Below are positions 47,488 to 56,684 of a stretch of 64,000 nucleotides of DNA, in pieces (within the stretch, counting starts at the first letter, position 1; every line of letters starts with the position of its first letter). The notes under the pieces are model-generated. The model did no database searches. It saw nothing but the letters and a program-made list of their open reading frames with translations, and was not told where the DNA came from. The stretch lies in sequence record MN013077.1; one strand, 5' to 3'. The position numbers and the translations under genes are program-made. Source of the DNA: Klebsiella phage vB_KaeM_KaOmega.

Positions 47488-48210
47488 TTAAATTTCTTCG
47501 AACACAGGCCACCAGATACCATTGGTGGATGTCAATGCCGCCGAGTTGCTCGCAAACTGACTGTAGTTAAATGCGTAGGTTGAGTTATCAGGGTAGGTAT
47601 TGTCATACCTGGCTCGGCTAAATGCGTACTGGTTAAGACTTCCCTTTACCAATCCCCAACTTCGTGAGTTAGCAGCGGTAAACTTAGATTTGACCACCTT
47701 CTCTTCATCAGGGACACCCAAGTCCTTGAAGTGTACTTTGGTTTTTGATCCGGCATCCAGTACCCAGAGGTTCAATACAAAATAATCAAACTCAGGAACA
47801 GGCTCAAAGTCCGGGTAATCCATATTGGTGGAGGAGGGATACGTATCCCCTGGTACACCCTCCATCAAACGGACCCGGTAGGTTTTGCCGTTAGCCGCAG
47901 TAAAGGTACGTGTTTGTGGTACAGCGGTCAATCCTTGGGGAATCTGCCCCGGGCCATCAACCCCAAACACCGCGCCTTTGTTGTAAACCCCATTGTAAGT
48001 CCCTCGACCCAAAGGTTGGGAGGGTACAACGATCTCCTTCCCCTTCTTTTTGTAGACGAAGTATTTATACGTCGCCGCCTTTCCTACGTTAAATTCAGGA
48101 GCAAGCTCTGCCTGGAGTGCAGTAAATGTTGCGAAGTCTTCCTCCGGCATTGTCCTTACGTACTCGACGCCCCCGGCTTTTTGGGGAGTTACCATCAACA
48201 TCTCTTGCAT
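47488..48210 (-). CDS. hypothetical protein
   Basis: 240 aa with an AAAGGAGAGAG RBS. Confidence 0.55.
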   Translation of the reverse strand: MQEMLMVTPQKAGGVEYVRTMPEEDFATFTALQAELAPEFNVGKAATYKYFVYKKKGKEIVVPSQPLGRGTYNGVYNKGAVFGVDGPGQIPQGLTAVPQTRTFTAANGKTYRVRLMEGVPGDTYPSSTNMDYPDFEPVPEFDYFVLNLWVLDAGSKTKVHFKDLGVPDEEKVVKSKFTAANSRSWGLVKGSLNQYAFSRARYDNTYPDNSTYAFNYSQFASNSAALTSTNGIWWPVFEEI

Positions 48211-48390
48211 CAGTCCTCCAACTTAACCATGCATGAACCGCTTTTCCATTTGCTTACGGTGTCAAGTACCTCCACCTTGGCTTTGTTTCCCTTGATCTGG
48301 CGAATGATTCCGCCCTGAAGCTCATTGTAGCCCCAATAGATCGCCACCTTGTCGCCCTCTTTAAGAGGGGTCCCGCGATAATCAGTCATT
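48211..48390 (-). CDS. small protein (~59 aa, below the ORF-track cutoff)
   Basis: Hand-translated as MTDYRGTPLKEGDKVAIYWGYNELQGGIIRQIKGN...; coordinates are approximate. Confidence 0.35.
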
Positions 48391-48473
48391 GTGATTCCTT
48401 ATGTCCAGAATGTACATGACAACACAGAGGAGGCCGACGGCCCCCAAGAACGCCAATCCGACCCAATCTGGCA

Positions 48474-48941
48474 TTAGCTCACCCCGACAGGCTCAATGAA
48501 GTAGTTCTGCCCCTTCTTAACCTGCATGAAGGTCCCCTCTACCCACGTCCCAGAACCTTGAATACGGGTTTCAGAGATGTCATACTTGGTGTTTGGATCA
48601 CGCTTTCGGTGAAGCAGTTGGAGAATCAACTCCAAGCTGTTGAAGGAGATTTTGTATTCGAACCCTTCTTTGTCTTCAAACACGGCTACCGCAGAACTTC
48701 TCCCTTTCTCGGTGTGAGAAAACTGTAGAGACATCTTACGAGTCTCGTGCTCGATCTCTTCGACACGTCTGTTTTCCCCGCCGGGGCGGAATAGGTGATC
48801 AAAATCGCAAAGTGGGAACCGGTCCGCATAAGCAGCCTCTGATTTTGCTGTAAAAGCAAAGCCTTCCCATCCTGTGAACCACTTACCGCCTGACCCGGCT
48901 TCAGCCAGGGCAGGGTATGAACGCTTTTTCAGCTTGCTCAT
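48474..48941 (-). CDS. hypothetical protein
   Basis: 155 aa. Confidence 0.5.
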   Translation of the reverse strand: MSKLKKRSYPALAEAGSGGKWFTGWEGFAFTAKSEAAYADRFPLCDFDHLFRPGGENRRVEEIEHETRKMSLQFSHTEKGRSSAVAVFEDKEGFEYKISFNSLELILQLLHRKRDPNTKYDISETRIQGSGTWVEGTFMQVKKGQNYFIEPVGVS

Positions 48942-49144
48942 TGAGGAACCTCCCGGTAATCGAGCAGTGGGTATCGTTTAGGGTAAATCTCCATCCGGGC
49001 GCACACATTGCAATAGTGCGGATACTTCGGAGGGGAGGTTAAGAAAGCCTCCCCGTTGTTCATCATTTCCCCGGTGCAACCGTTAAACCCGCAATCCATG
49101 TGGACTCTTACTTGAACTACAGGAACAACACGTTCAGTCATCTG
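48938..49144 (-). CDS. zinc-ribbon-like small protein (start trimmed)
   Basis: DCGFNGC...CNVC; the ORF is open to 49225. Confidence 0.4.
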   Translation of the reverse strand, partial: QMTERVVPVVQVRVHMDCGFNGCTGEMMNNGEAFLTSPPKYPHYCNVCARMEIYPKRYPLLDYREVPQ

Positions 49145-49508
49145 TCCACTCCTTGTCGTACCCGGCACCTTCACGGGTAATGGCAATATGCGGCGCATCG
49201 CAGCCGTCATACCAGTTATCGACAAACATTTTCTCGGACCCTTCTACGATGAACAGACCCGCTTGTCGTAATTCCTCTTGCAGATTGCCAAACATATTGT
49301 CGTTCTGGTCGAAGATCACCAAGCCTGCATCATATGACGGGCCGTCTTCATGACGGTAAACGACCATATCACCACCGTAAGTGATCTTCAGCTTGGAATC
49401 GATCTCGTCAAGCCTGTCGGAAACCTCTTGCCAAGAATCCGTGTGTAGATTGCCCAGTGGTGGGTCCAACAGTGCAATAACCCCTACAGTTACACGTTGT
49501 TCGCTCAT
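49134..49508 (-). CDS. hypothetical acidic protein
   Basis: 124 aa. Confidence 0.5.
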   Translation of the reverse strand: MSEQRVTVGVIALLDPPLGNLHTDSWQEVSDRLDEIDSKLKITYGGDMVVYRHEDGPSYDAGLVIFDQNDNMFGNLQEELRQAGLFIVEGSEKMFVDNWYDGCDAPHIAITREGAGYDKEWTDD

Positions 49509-49531
49509 GAATACTCCTCTCTTTCGCCTAA

Positions 49532-50179
49532 TTAATCAAGAACAAATGGTGCCGTCGGAACCGAGAAATTGCCGTCGTAACGGGCCACCTTTGAAATTCG
49601 GAACTGGTCCAGTGCCCCGAACATGGTCTGCTCGCCGAAACCGATCCTTGAGAAACGGTCAAAGGTACTCCAACCTCCAGAAGCAAAAGGTGTGCCAATA
49701 GAAACACCATTTATGTACAGCTTGGTTGTTCCTGATTTGCTTACAATGGCGACATGTGCCCAGTTGGAAAGGGGCCAAAGGTTACTGCTGAAACTCAAAT
49801 ACCTCAACTGGTCTTGGAGGTAAACGATGTTTTGGTATACCTTCAGACAACTCTGCGTCCCTGTCCCAAAATACATCCACCAAGACGAGGCTACGGACGT
49901 ATTTCTCGACCAAAATTCGATCGTGAAGTCATCGGTGGGTTTGAACACCAGATCGTTTTTAACAGTACCGTCCATTTCAAAATAGCTGGTACTGGTTGTA
50001 CAATCAAAGTATTTGTTGTTGAATTTTCCGTAAGACCCGGCGGCAACTGTGGCGGTCCTCGTAAATGGCCTGCTTGGATTAGCAACATCAATACCGCCCT
50101 TGTCTGCTTGCAGGAGAAGGAGAGTTTTATCTCCCTTCACGCCGCCGCTTGCACCAGCCGCCAAAAGAATTTCCTGCAC
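49532..50179 (-). CDS. LamG/concanavalin-A-like lectin-fold protein
   Basis: DDFTIEFW...WAHVAIVSKSGTTKLYINGV is a classic LamG-type pattern. Confidence 0.55.
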   Translation of the reverse strand: MQEILLAAGASGGVKGDKTLLLLQADKGGIDVANPSRPFTRTATVAAGSYGKFNNKYFDCTTSTSYFEMDGTVKNDLVFKPTDDFTIEFWSRNTSVASSWWMYFGTGTQSCLKVYQNIVYLQDQLRYLSFSSNLWPLSNWAHVAIVSKSGTTKLYINGVSIGTPFASGGWSTFDRFSRIGFGEQTMFGALDQFRISKVARYDGNFSVPTAPFVLD

Positions 50180-50190
50180 TTTTTTACTCC

Positions 50191-50862
50191 TTAATGATTG
50201 AAGTGGTAAACAGCCCTGGCAAACCCCTCCGGGGTCAGCGATCGTAGCTGTTTGGTCCTCTCCGACTTACCGCCTAAAAACTTCCAGCCCCAGAAGCAGC
50301 CTATATGAGGCACAGGCTTCTTATCAGGCATCACAAAGCCATTCCCTACCCAGAGGCAAGTTTTCTTTGTGTAGGCGTTCCTGTACGGCATTTTTGGGTG
50401 ATACGAGCCTTCAATCTGACTCAGGTATCCGCCATACTCGTAAGGGTCGAAGTAATGGTCCGGCTTACGCCAGAGCGTACTCATTTTCCCAACCGGATTT
50501 TCAACCATCCACGGGCAGTCGAAAACGTTGGCAACACGCTCTACCATTTTAGCATTATCTATCGACTCCATCAACTCTGATTTCGTCCGGGTGTGTTTAG
50601 CCCCGGCGACTGACAGGTTGGTGCAGCTTGGGAATGCAAACATAATGTCCGGCTTAGGGATTCCTGCACCCAACGCAAAGGCCAAGAAATCTTCATCGAT
50701 CCAGCAATTCACATACTGGATGTTAGGATGCTCCCGGCGCAGTTCATACTGCCCGTGATCGGCGGTGTCTGCATTGAAGCAGAACACCTTCCAACCATTG
50801 ATGGCGTACTCATACCCCATGAAGCCTGAGCCATCGAAGAGACTCCAGACGACTTTAGACAT
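50191..50862 (-). CDS. compact DNA (cytosine-5)-methyltransferase-like protein
   Basis: Motif I LFDGSGFMG, PC-like FPSCT, and ENV-like WMVENPVG. It lacks a large target-recognition domain. The start is trimmed to MSKVVW; the ORF is open to 50955. Confidence 0.55.
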   Translation of the reverse strand: MSKVVWSLFDGSGFMGYEYAINGWKVFCFNADTADHGQYELRREHPNIQYVNCWIDEDFLAFALGAGIPKPDIMFAFPSCTNLSVAGAKHTRTKSELMESIDNAKMVERVANVFDCPWMVENPVGKMSTLWRKPDHYFDPYEYGGYLSQIEGSYHPKMPYRNAYTKKTCLWVGNGFVMPDKKPVPHIGCFWGWKFLGGKSERTKQLRSLTPEGFARAVYHFNH

Positions 50863-51109
50863 TACCAACCTCACCGTGGATTGTGCAAGGCACATACACA
50901 CTTCGATCCAAGTCATCACGAAGAAGGACCTTGCCCTGACCAAACAGAATGTCATCCTCTTCTGCGGAGATCATGTTCGTCCCGTGTTCGATATAAAAAC
51001 GAAGCTGCCGGATCAGGTAGATGGAATCCATGCCTGAACTGTCCAGCAGATCTTCTTCGTCGTAATCCGCCATGATTCGCTCTTTGTCCAAACGTACCCA
51101 ATATTTCAT
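50855..51109 (-). CDS. small acidic protein
   Basis: 84 aa. Confidence 0.45.
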   Translation of the reverse strand: MKYWVRLDKERIMADYDEEDLLDSSGMDSIYLIRQLRFYIEHGTNMISAEEDDILFGQGKVLLRDDLDRSVYVPCTIHGEVGNV

Positions 51110-51339
51110 AAGTTTTCTCCTTCAATGTTTACCAGCCTGTCGTTCTGAGAAATGGCGTAGCTTGAGCATCTGGTGTTCCAGGCTTCCAGCGCCGACATCG
51201 GTTTGTAATCGCCCTCGATCTCTGCGAAGCACTCCAAGCACTGAACACGGTCATTCATCCTGACCTCCCTGTTACCCTTGTGCCAAATGGCCTTCGAAGC
51301 ACAGAACGGGCAGGCTTTCAGTGTCATCTTCTTAGCCAT
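51106..51339 (-). CDS. Lar-like restriction-alleviation zinc-ribbon protein
   Basis: 77 aa with LKACPFCAS...CLEC, matching my recollection of the Lar family. Confidence 0.5.
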   Translation of the reverse strand: MAKKMTLKACPFCASKAIWHKGNREVRMNDRVQCLECFAEIEGDYKPMSALEAWNTRCSSYAISQNDRLVNIEGENL

Positions 51340-51514
51340 GCAGGCGCTCCAAGATGATCCCCGCCTCTTTGGCCTCTTTCACCGGGACATACCCGCCGTA
51401 CCAATCAAGGATAAACTCTTTACCGCCACGGACGAATACTTGGTATCGACCGTTTACCGTCAGGGCCGGGACTTTACGAGTGGTGCTTACCACCCTTACT
51501 GTACCACCCATCAT
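51332..51514 (-). CDS. small protein
   Basis: 60 aa. Confidence 0.4.
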   Translation of the reverse strand: MMGGTVRVVSTTRKVPALTVNGRYQVFVRGGKEFILDWYGGYVPVKEAKEAGIILERLHG

Positions 51515-51679
51515 AGCACACCCCGCGACACCAATCCACCGAAAGTCATCATGACGGCGATGAAGTTGACAGTGAATACTATCCGGCTCCAGATTCCATC
51601 CCCGAATACTTGGGGCCAGTACACTGCAATCAGCATAAAGGCACCATTGGTGACGAGGGCAAGCATATCAAAATGATCT

Positions 51680-52036
51680 TTACTCACGGTTAACTCCTTC
51701 CACAGAAATGACTACCAACACCCTCAAAGCACACAAAAGTAGTGCCAGTCCAAAAGTGGATACTACGGCAACAACCAACACAGGCAGCATGTATAAACAC
51801 CCTGTCATTATTGCCCCTGCCAGTGCCGCAATTACAAGCTCAGGGCCTTCGAGTTCAAAAGCTGCATCGCCATACTTTTTGTAGTCATTTCTCAGCATAA
51901 GGAACAGGAAAATAAACGACCAAACCACAATACTGGTCACAACCCAATTGGCGTTGCAAACTGGCTCGATAAATTCCATCCACTTATCAAAGATGACACC
52001 AAAAGCGTGGGTAATCCATTCAAACATAGCAATCAT
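51680..52036 (-). CDS. membrane protein with 3-4 TM segments
   Basis: 118 aa. Confidence 0.5.
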   Translation of the reverse strand: MIAMFEWITHAFGVIFDKWMEFIEPVCNANWVVTSIVVWSFIFLFLMLRNDYKKYGDAAFELEGPELVIAALAGAIMTGCLYMLPVLVVAVVSTFGLALLLCALRVLVVISVEGVNRE

Positions 52037-52323
52037 GATCCGTATCTCACCTCATATAAAAACGTATCCAAGTCGGTCTTATCGTCCCAACCTTTAATTG
52101 ACAGCGGCATCAGGCAATTGGGATCAACCACCAACATATCCCCGGCCCGGTCAATGCTCTCCCACCACCCGAACTTATCTTTCTCGACAAGGAACACCAC
52201 CTTGCCTAAGAACTCCGGCTGACCGCCGTGAATAAGGGCGTAGCCACCTGAGAAGAGTTCCCCTTCCGGGGGTAGGCACTTGTCCTTCCGTTTCAAATCA
52301 CTCATTCTCATCCACCTCTGCAA
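52033..52323 (-). CDS. hypothetical protein
   Basis: 96 aa. Confidence 0.45.
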   Translation of the reverse strand: MQRWMRMSDLKRKDKCLPPEGELFSGGYALIHGGQPEFLGKVVFLVEKDKFGWWESIDRAGDMLVVDPNCLMPLSIKGWDDKTDLDTFLYEVRYGS

Positions 52324-52492
52324 AAGTACCGAAGATCGAGTGCTTCGCCCCTACGAACGTCACGTCGCCGGGGAAACGCTCCACGTTCCAAGCCTTGCCA
52401 TTCGGGGCCGTGCCGAGGATTTTGTATTTCTTGCCCGAGGTAAATACTTCCTCAAACCCCTTGTTCACCCGGCAGCACATCAGCATTTTCAT
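52298..52492 (-). CDS. small protein
   Basis: 64 aa. Confidence 0.4.
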   Translation of the reverse strand: MKMLMCCRVNKGFEEVFTSGKKYKILGTAPNGKAWNVERFPGDVTFVGAKHSIFGTFAEVDENE

Positions 52493-52695
52493 TTCTTTGC
52501 CTTCCTCTTTGATTGTGGTTCACATACTCGCGCCCGATAAGCGTTGTACTCAACATAGCGCCAAGTCTTCTTTAAGTGCTCTACCAGTTCCTTCAGGTTC
52601 TCTTCATCCCTAGCCCAGCCGCAGACATAGTAGCAGTCGCCGACTGACATTCGACACTTAACACTGTAATGGGTTTCAAAGCCCTTGTCAAGCAT
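52489..52695 (-). CDS. small Cys-containing protein
   Basis: 68 aa. Confidence 0.4.
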   Translation of the reverse strand: MLDKGFETHYSVKCRMSVGDCYYVCGWARDEENLKELVEHLKKTWRYVEYNAYRARVCEPQSKRKAKK

Positions 52696-52870
52696 GATAT
52701 CTCCCCACTATCTCATCCCCAAGTCGGGCTGTCTGCTTAATTTCTTCGAGAATGTAAGAGGCGTGTTCCTTACTGATCGCCATAATGCTGAAGGAGAACT
52801 TCCGGCCCTCGACATCGTTCCACTCGATGGAGTATTCTTTCCACTCCCGACCATCCACGATAACACTCAT
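52688..52870 (-). CDS. small protein
   Basis: 60 aa. Confidence 0.4.
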   Translation of the reverse strand: MSVIVDGREWKEYSIEWNDVEGRKFSFSIMAISKEHASYILEEIKQTARLGDEIVGRYHA

Positions 52871-53007
52871 TTGAGCATCTCCCCGATCATCAGCCCTGTT
52901 ATCATGATCTCTAATGCCCCGAGCATCATCACAATGATCCAGATAACCTCGTCAACAGGTCGCCGTCCGAAGCAATGCGCTATCAATGTTGCCAAGAAAG
53001 TGATCAT
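52867..53007 (-). CDS. 46-aa two-TM micro-protein, translationally coupled (ATGA)
   Basis: Hand-translated MITFLATLIAHCFGRRPVDEVIWIIVMMLGALEIMITGLMIGEMLK with a GGAGG RBS. Confidence 0.35.
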   Translation of the reverse strand: MITFLATLIAHCFGRRPVDEVIWIIVMMLGALEIMITGLMIGEMLK

Positions 53008-53300
53008 AATCCCAGTTCCTCCGCAGAATAGATGTCGTTGCCCTCATAACCTTGGAACATGACCATTACCTTTTCACAGCGTCCCCTTTTGGACATAAGT
53101 CGGGGCTTCGGTGCGTTCACCAAGTAGACATCTTTGTTTACCGGGAAGAATTTTGGTTGCCCTTGGCCCGGGGTTGAGAACAAGACCTTACTGTTCTTTG
53201 GGATCTTTTTAACGACCTCGACTGACTGACCAACCATCGACTCAATACCCTCGCGTTCCGCAACAATGTCACGAACTACAGGGACCATTAATTTTACCAT
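53004..53300 (-). CDS. hypothetical protein, first gene after the promoter
   Basis: 98 aa with an AAGAGGAGG RBS. Confidence 0.5.
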   Translation of the reverse strand: MVKLMVPVVRDIVAEREGIESMVGQSVEVVKKIPKNSKVLFSTPGQGQPKFFPVNKDVYLVNAPKPRLMSKRGRCEKVMVMFQGYEGNDIYSAEELGL

Positions 53301-53327
53301 GATATCCTCCTCTTGATTAATACTTGA

Positions 53328-53356
53328 AGTCTACAGAAGTTATTGTGGGGTGTCAA
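53328..53356 (-). promoter_or_regulatory. sigma70 promoter (leftward)
   Basis: On the - strand: TTGACA, 17-nt spacer, TAGACT. Confidence 0.55.
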
Positions 53357-53360
53357 ACGA

Positions 53361-53386
53361 AAAAAGGCCCCCGAAGGGACCTTTTT
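53361..53386. terminator. bidirectional-type hairpin terminator
   Basis: aaaaaggccc-ccgaa-ggg(a)cc-ttttt. Confidence 0.7.
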
Positions 53387-53387
53387 A

Positions 53388-53903
53388 TTATTCTGCGGCG
53401 GCAGCTTGCTCTACTTCCGGCTCCGGGGTGAATACTCGGAACGATGTTTCTGTCTCAATAGAGAACTTGTCTTTGTGACGGCGCAAGAATGCGTACACAG
53501 GTTGGGCCGTGGTGTTGGCATAGGTAAGCATGTCCGCTGGCTGGAACTCCAACGCCGACCTGCCTGACTCCTGCACACGCTGGACCACATTCCTGACTTG
53601 AACGGTGATCACCTCGGCGATGAAATTACGCAGTTCTGTGGATGCAGTTCTGGTCCTGACGAACTCAGCCAAGTGTGGATACAGATACTGCGGGATCGTC
53701 CGGTCCAAAGGGAAGAACTTAGAGTCGTCGGTAACGGACTTAGAATAAGTCACTTCGACGGAATTTCCCAGTCCAGAAAGTAGTGCATTTTGGAAGCTCG
53801 TGGTTACCAACCCTGTAATATCCAAAACCTCGCTGTCCTTCATCGGGGGGATGTCGAAATCGTTACGTTGACCACCACGTTGACGTTCAATAATCATAAA
53901 CAC
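53388..53903 (-). CDS. hypothetical protein
   Basis: 171 aa. Confidence 0.5.
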   Translation of the reverse strand: MFMIIERQRGGQRNDFDIPPMKDSEVLDITGLVTTSFQNALLSGLGNSVEVTYSKSVTDDSKFFPLDRTIPQYLYPHLAEFVRTRTASTELRNFIAEVITVQVRNVVQRVQESGRSALEFQPADMLTYANTTAQPVYAFLRRHKDKFSIETETSFRVFTPEPEVEQAAAAE

Positions 53904-53933
53904 CTCAAGTTAAATGGGGCCGAAGCCCCGTTA

Positions 53934-56006
53934 TCAGAACGGACACTCATCATCCATGTCATCTTCAGGCATGTCCGGAACATCCGGGATGTCTGGTATT
54001 GCAGAAGTTACTGGCTGAATAGGCTCGGGAGTTTCCTCCTTTACCTCTTCAACTGGTTCGTCCAGGTTCAGATTTTGCTGCTCAACCTGCTGTTCCTTGG
54101 CCTCTTCCTGTGCTGCCAAGAACTGCTCGTCCGCAGGAGGGATGTCATCATCCGTCAGGTCAGATCCGGTCTTATCTTGGTTCTCCGGGGACAGCGGTTG
54201 TGCTGCACTTCCCTTCGGCTCCTGATAAGAGTCGTTACTCGGATCATGTTCCGGGTGAACAGCATACCACTCACGAAGGGTCTCGTATGGACTGTCCAAG
54301 AACCCCTCTGGCGGCTCCAGATAATCACCTGTGTCGATGTCGTAGAACACCGGGAACTTACCCGCACGACCGTGCTTACGGTCATCCAACAGCACAAACC
54401 AAGAGGTGTTGCGCTGCTTCATTGGAAGCTCTGGGTCCTTATTACGCTCAATACCCACCATGTAGTAGGTGTTACGCATCATCGCACGGGAACCAGCAAA
54501 CTGTGCCGACTGAACCTGACCACCGAACTCGTGAGGCTTACCAGTCTCCGGCTTGTTCAGGTGACAGAAGCAACAATACCAGAAGCCCAGTTCCTTCGCA
54601 AGTTTGGAGATTTCATCAGAGAAACGCTCCAACTCTACGTTCGCTTCAGATGCAGACATACCCTGCACCAGACGAGTGATCGGGTCAATGAAGATGTCCT
54701 CACAACCCTCTACGATAACCGCATGGCGGATAGCACCCTTAACCTCGTCCCATACTGCACGACCGTAGTTATTATAGTAGATGATGTTGTCACCTACCTT
54801 GTCGGTCGCCTCAATCAGTTCTTCCTGTTTGAAGTAACCACGCTGACCCTCGAAGACTTCCTCACCCCAGATGTCCCGGTAAGTTCCGTCCTCTTGCGGG
54901 ATCATCACCTTCTCTGCGTTCACGAAATCCTTGTGGTACAGCTTACCAGCGACCTTCTTACACGTGATCTCGTTCTCTTCCTCGAACTTGAACACTGCGG
55001 CCTTACGGCCCTCTGTACCGATGATGTGTTCCACAAGCTGGTTAAGCCACTCGGACTTACCCATCTTAACCCCGGCACCGACGAACATACCTTCCCCGAG
55101 ACGACGGCCCAACGTCAGGCGCGTCATTGTAGGCCAAGGCCATTTCTTCCCGAGTTTAGGGATCTCGTGTGCCTTCTCACGGAACTGAGAGTAGGTCGCA
55201 AAGCCGTCCGGCACGTACTCTTTCGGCTTCATCGCTGCCCAGAAAAGCTGCTGCGCCAAGCCCTTATTGTACATGTCACAAGGGTCCATGTCTTCAGGGA
55301 TATCGACGACTTTCATCTGCGGGATGACAGAATACACTGCCGCCACGGCATCTTTGCCCTTCATGATACCCTTGGCTTTCTCAGTTTCGTTCGCCCGGTC
55401 GGCGTCGAAAGCCACAATGATCTCTTCGAACTTACTCAGGAGCTTATAGTTGTTCTTCTGAGACAGGTTCTGTACTGCGTTGGATGTGCCGTTGGAGATT
55501 GACACAACCGTGAAGTTAGGCTTACGGGCATTGCCGTCCTTCGATTTGTAGTTCTCGCGGAGAACCTGCCACAGAACCGCTGCGTCGTATTCACCTTCTG
55601 TGATGAAGATCATACGTTTGGACGATTTGTTGGCACCCTCCAGACCAAACAGATCACAGGCTACCGATTGGAAGCCGATGGTGCTGAAATGGCCCTTCTG
55701 CTGCTTAGGGATGGTCAGATCGCGCTTCTTAAAGCCGACGATCTTTCCTTCCAAAGTGTATGGAAAATAATGCGCTTCCGGCGTCATACCGTCCTTAGCA
55801 GACAGTTTTGTGCGAATACCGAAGCGTTCAGCCGTCTTCTCATCAATCCCGCGCTCTGGGATCGCCTTGAAGGGATACGTCTTTACATCTTCAACTGTCT
55901 CTTCAACTCGCTGCACACCGCCTCCAAAACCTCGGGTGGTTGACGCCTTCGGGTTGGTGTACCCCGTCTTATATCCACCGAACAACCCTTCACCAAATGT
56001 GCTCAC
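53934..56006 (-). CDS. primase-helicase (T7 gp4-like: TOPRIM primase plus DnaB-family helicase)
   Basis: 690 aa with TOPRIM IVAFDADRANE, helicase Walker A GAGVKMGKS, and an acidic C-terminal tail ending in F. No N-terminal Cys4 zinc finger is visible. Confidence 0.88.
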   Translation of the reverse strand: MSTFGEGLFGGYKTGYTNPKASTTRGFGGGVQRVEETVEDVKTYPFKAIPERGIDEKTAERFGIRTKLSAKDGMTPEAHYFPYTLEGKIVGFKKRDLTIPKQQKGHFSTIGFQSVACDLFGLEGANKSSKRMIFITEGEYDAAVLWQVLRENYKSKDGNARKPNFTVVSISNGTSNAVQNLSQKNNYKLLSKFEEIIVAFDADRANETEKAKGIMKGKDAVAAVYSVIPQMKVVDIPEDMDPCDMYNKGLAQQLFWAAMKPKEYVPDGFATYSQFREKAHEIPKLGKKWPWPTMTRLTLGRRLGEGMFVGAGVKMGKSEWLNQLVEHIIGTEGRKAAVFKFEEENEITCKKVAGKLYHKDFVNAEKVMIPQEDGTYRDIWGEEVFEGQRGYFKQEELIEATDKVGDNIIYYNNYGRAVWDEVKGAIRHAVIVEGCEDIFIDPITRLVQGMSASEANVELERFSDEISKLAKELGFWYCCFCHLNKPETGKPHEFGGQVQSAQFAGSRAMMRNTYYMVGIERNKDPELPMKQRNTSWFVLLDDRKHGRAGKFPVFYDIDTGDYLEPPEGFLDSPYETLREWYAVHPEHDPSNDSYQEPKGSAAQPLSPENQDKTGSDLTDDDIPPADEQFLAAQEEAKEQQVEQQNLNLDEPVEEVKEETPEPIQPVTSAIPDIPDVPDMPEDDMDDECPF

Positions 56007-56183
56007 TTCTTACCTCCCTTTTTCGGAGATTCAACCATTGTGGCAACATAAATCGTACTGCCATTAGGGTTAGTTCCAACAGAAACAGACCCTTGCAAGG
56101 TGTAGCCGTAATCCCTGATCCATTTTCGGATCTGGCGTTCTAACTCCACCGGGTGAGTATACACCAACAGTTTAACTTCCATT
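56004..56183 (-). CDS. small protein (59 aa) overlapping the GTG start of the primase-helicase
   Basis: Hand-translated MEVKLLVYTHPVELERQIRKWIRDYGYTLQG.... Confidence 0.35.
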
Positions 56184-56457
56184 AAAAACCCCCGTCTTCT
56201 TCCAAAAACGCACGTGACATTTCGGCATCACGAATTTGAGCCGAGATCTCAGCATAAATCACTTGACGGGGAATGTCAATGTCCAGCACATCACCTTCGA
56301 AGTAGACGGCGACCGAAATGATGTCAAGGTAATCCTCAGCATCCCAGTCGCTTGCGGCATTAGGAATGCCCTTATACAGCATCACTTCGGCTTCGACTAC
56401 AACTTCCTGACCGAAATCCTTGTGAAAATATGGGAACTCTACAGTTGTGCTACGCAT
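56182..56457 (-). CDS. acidic hypothetical protein
   Basis: 91 aa. Confidence 0.45.
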   Translation of the reverse strand: MRSTTVEFPYFHKDFGQEVVVEAEVMLYKGIPNAASDWDAEDYLDIISVAVYFEGDVLDIDIPRQVIYAEISAQIRDAEMSRAFLEEDGGF

Positions 56458-56492
56458 GATAACTCCTTATTGATGATTTCTTAACTGATCTG

Positions 56493-56684
56493 TTACTTCT
56501 TACCGGAAATTTGGTCTTCTCTGACCTGTGTCTTGACTCCATCCGGCATTTCGACCAGATAAGCATTGCAGGTCAAGTATTCCTGTTGAAGCAGGACCTT
56601 ACCTTCCCCACGATAATCCCAGCGCTGATTGCCCTGGTCAAAGAGAACAACGTCGTTGATCTCATAAGCAAAAACAGATTTCAT
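56493..56684 (-). CDS. small protein
   Basis: 63 aa. Confidence 0.4.
   Translation of the reverse strand: MKSVFAYEINDVVLFDQGNQRWDYRGEGKVLLQQEYLTCNAYLVEMPDGVKTQVREDQISGKK

Noticed and set aside
50863-50955. N-terminal extension of the methyltransferase ORF (MTFCLVRARSFFVMTWIEVCMCLAQ...)
   Set aside because: It is hydrophobic junk that overlaps the upstream gene. Motif I starts right after the internal Met, which has RBS-like context.
53790-55502. 570-aa + strand ORF opposite the primase-helicase (and 41877-42659 or 42681-43415 opposite the 667-aa gene)
   Set aside because: All confident genes in this half are leftward. These products are low-complexity Leu/Arg/Val-rich and must be shadow ORFs.
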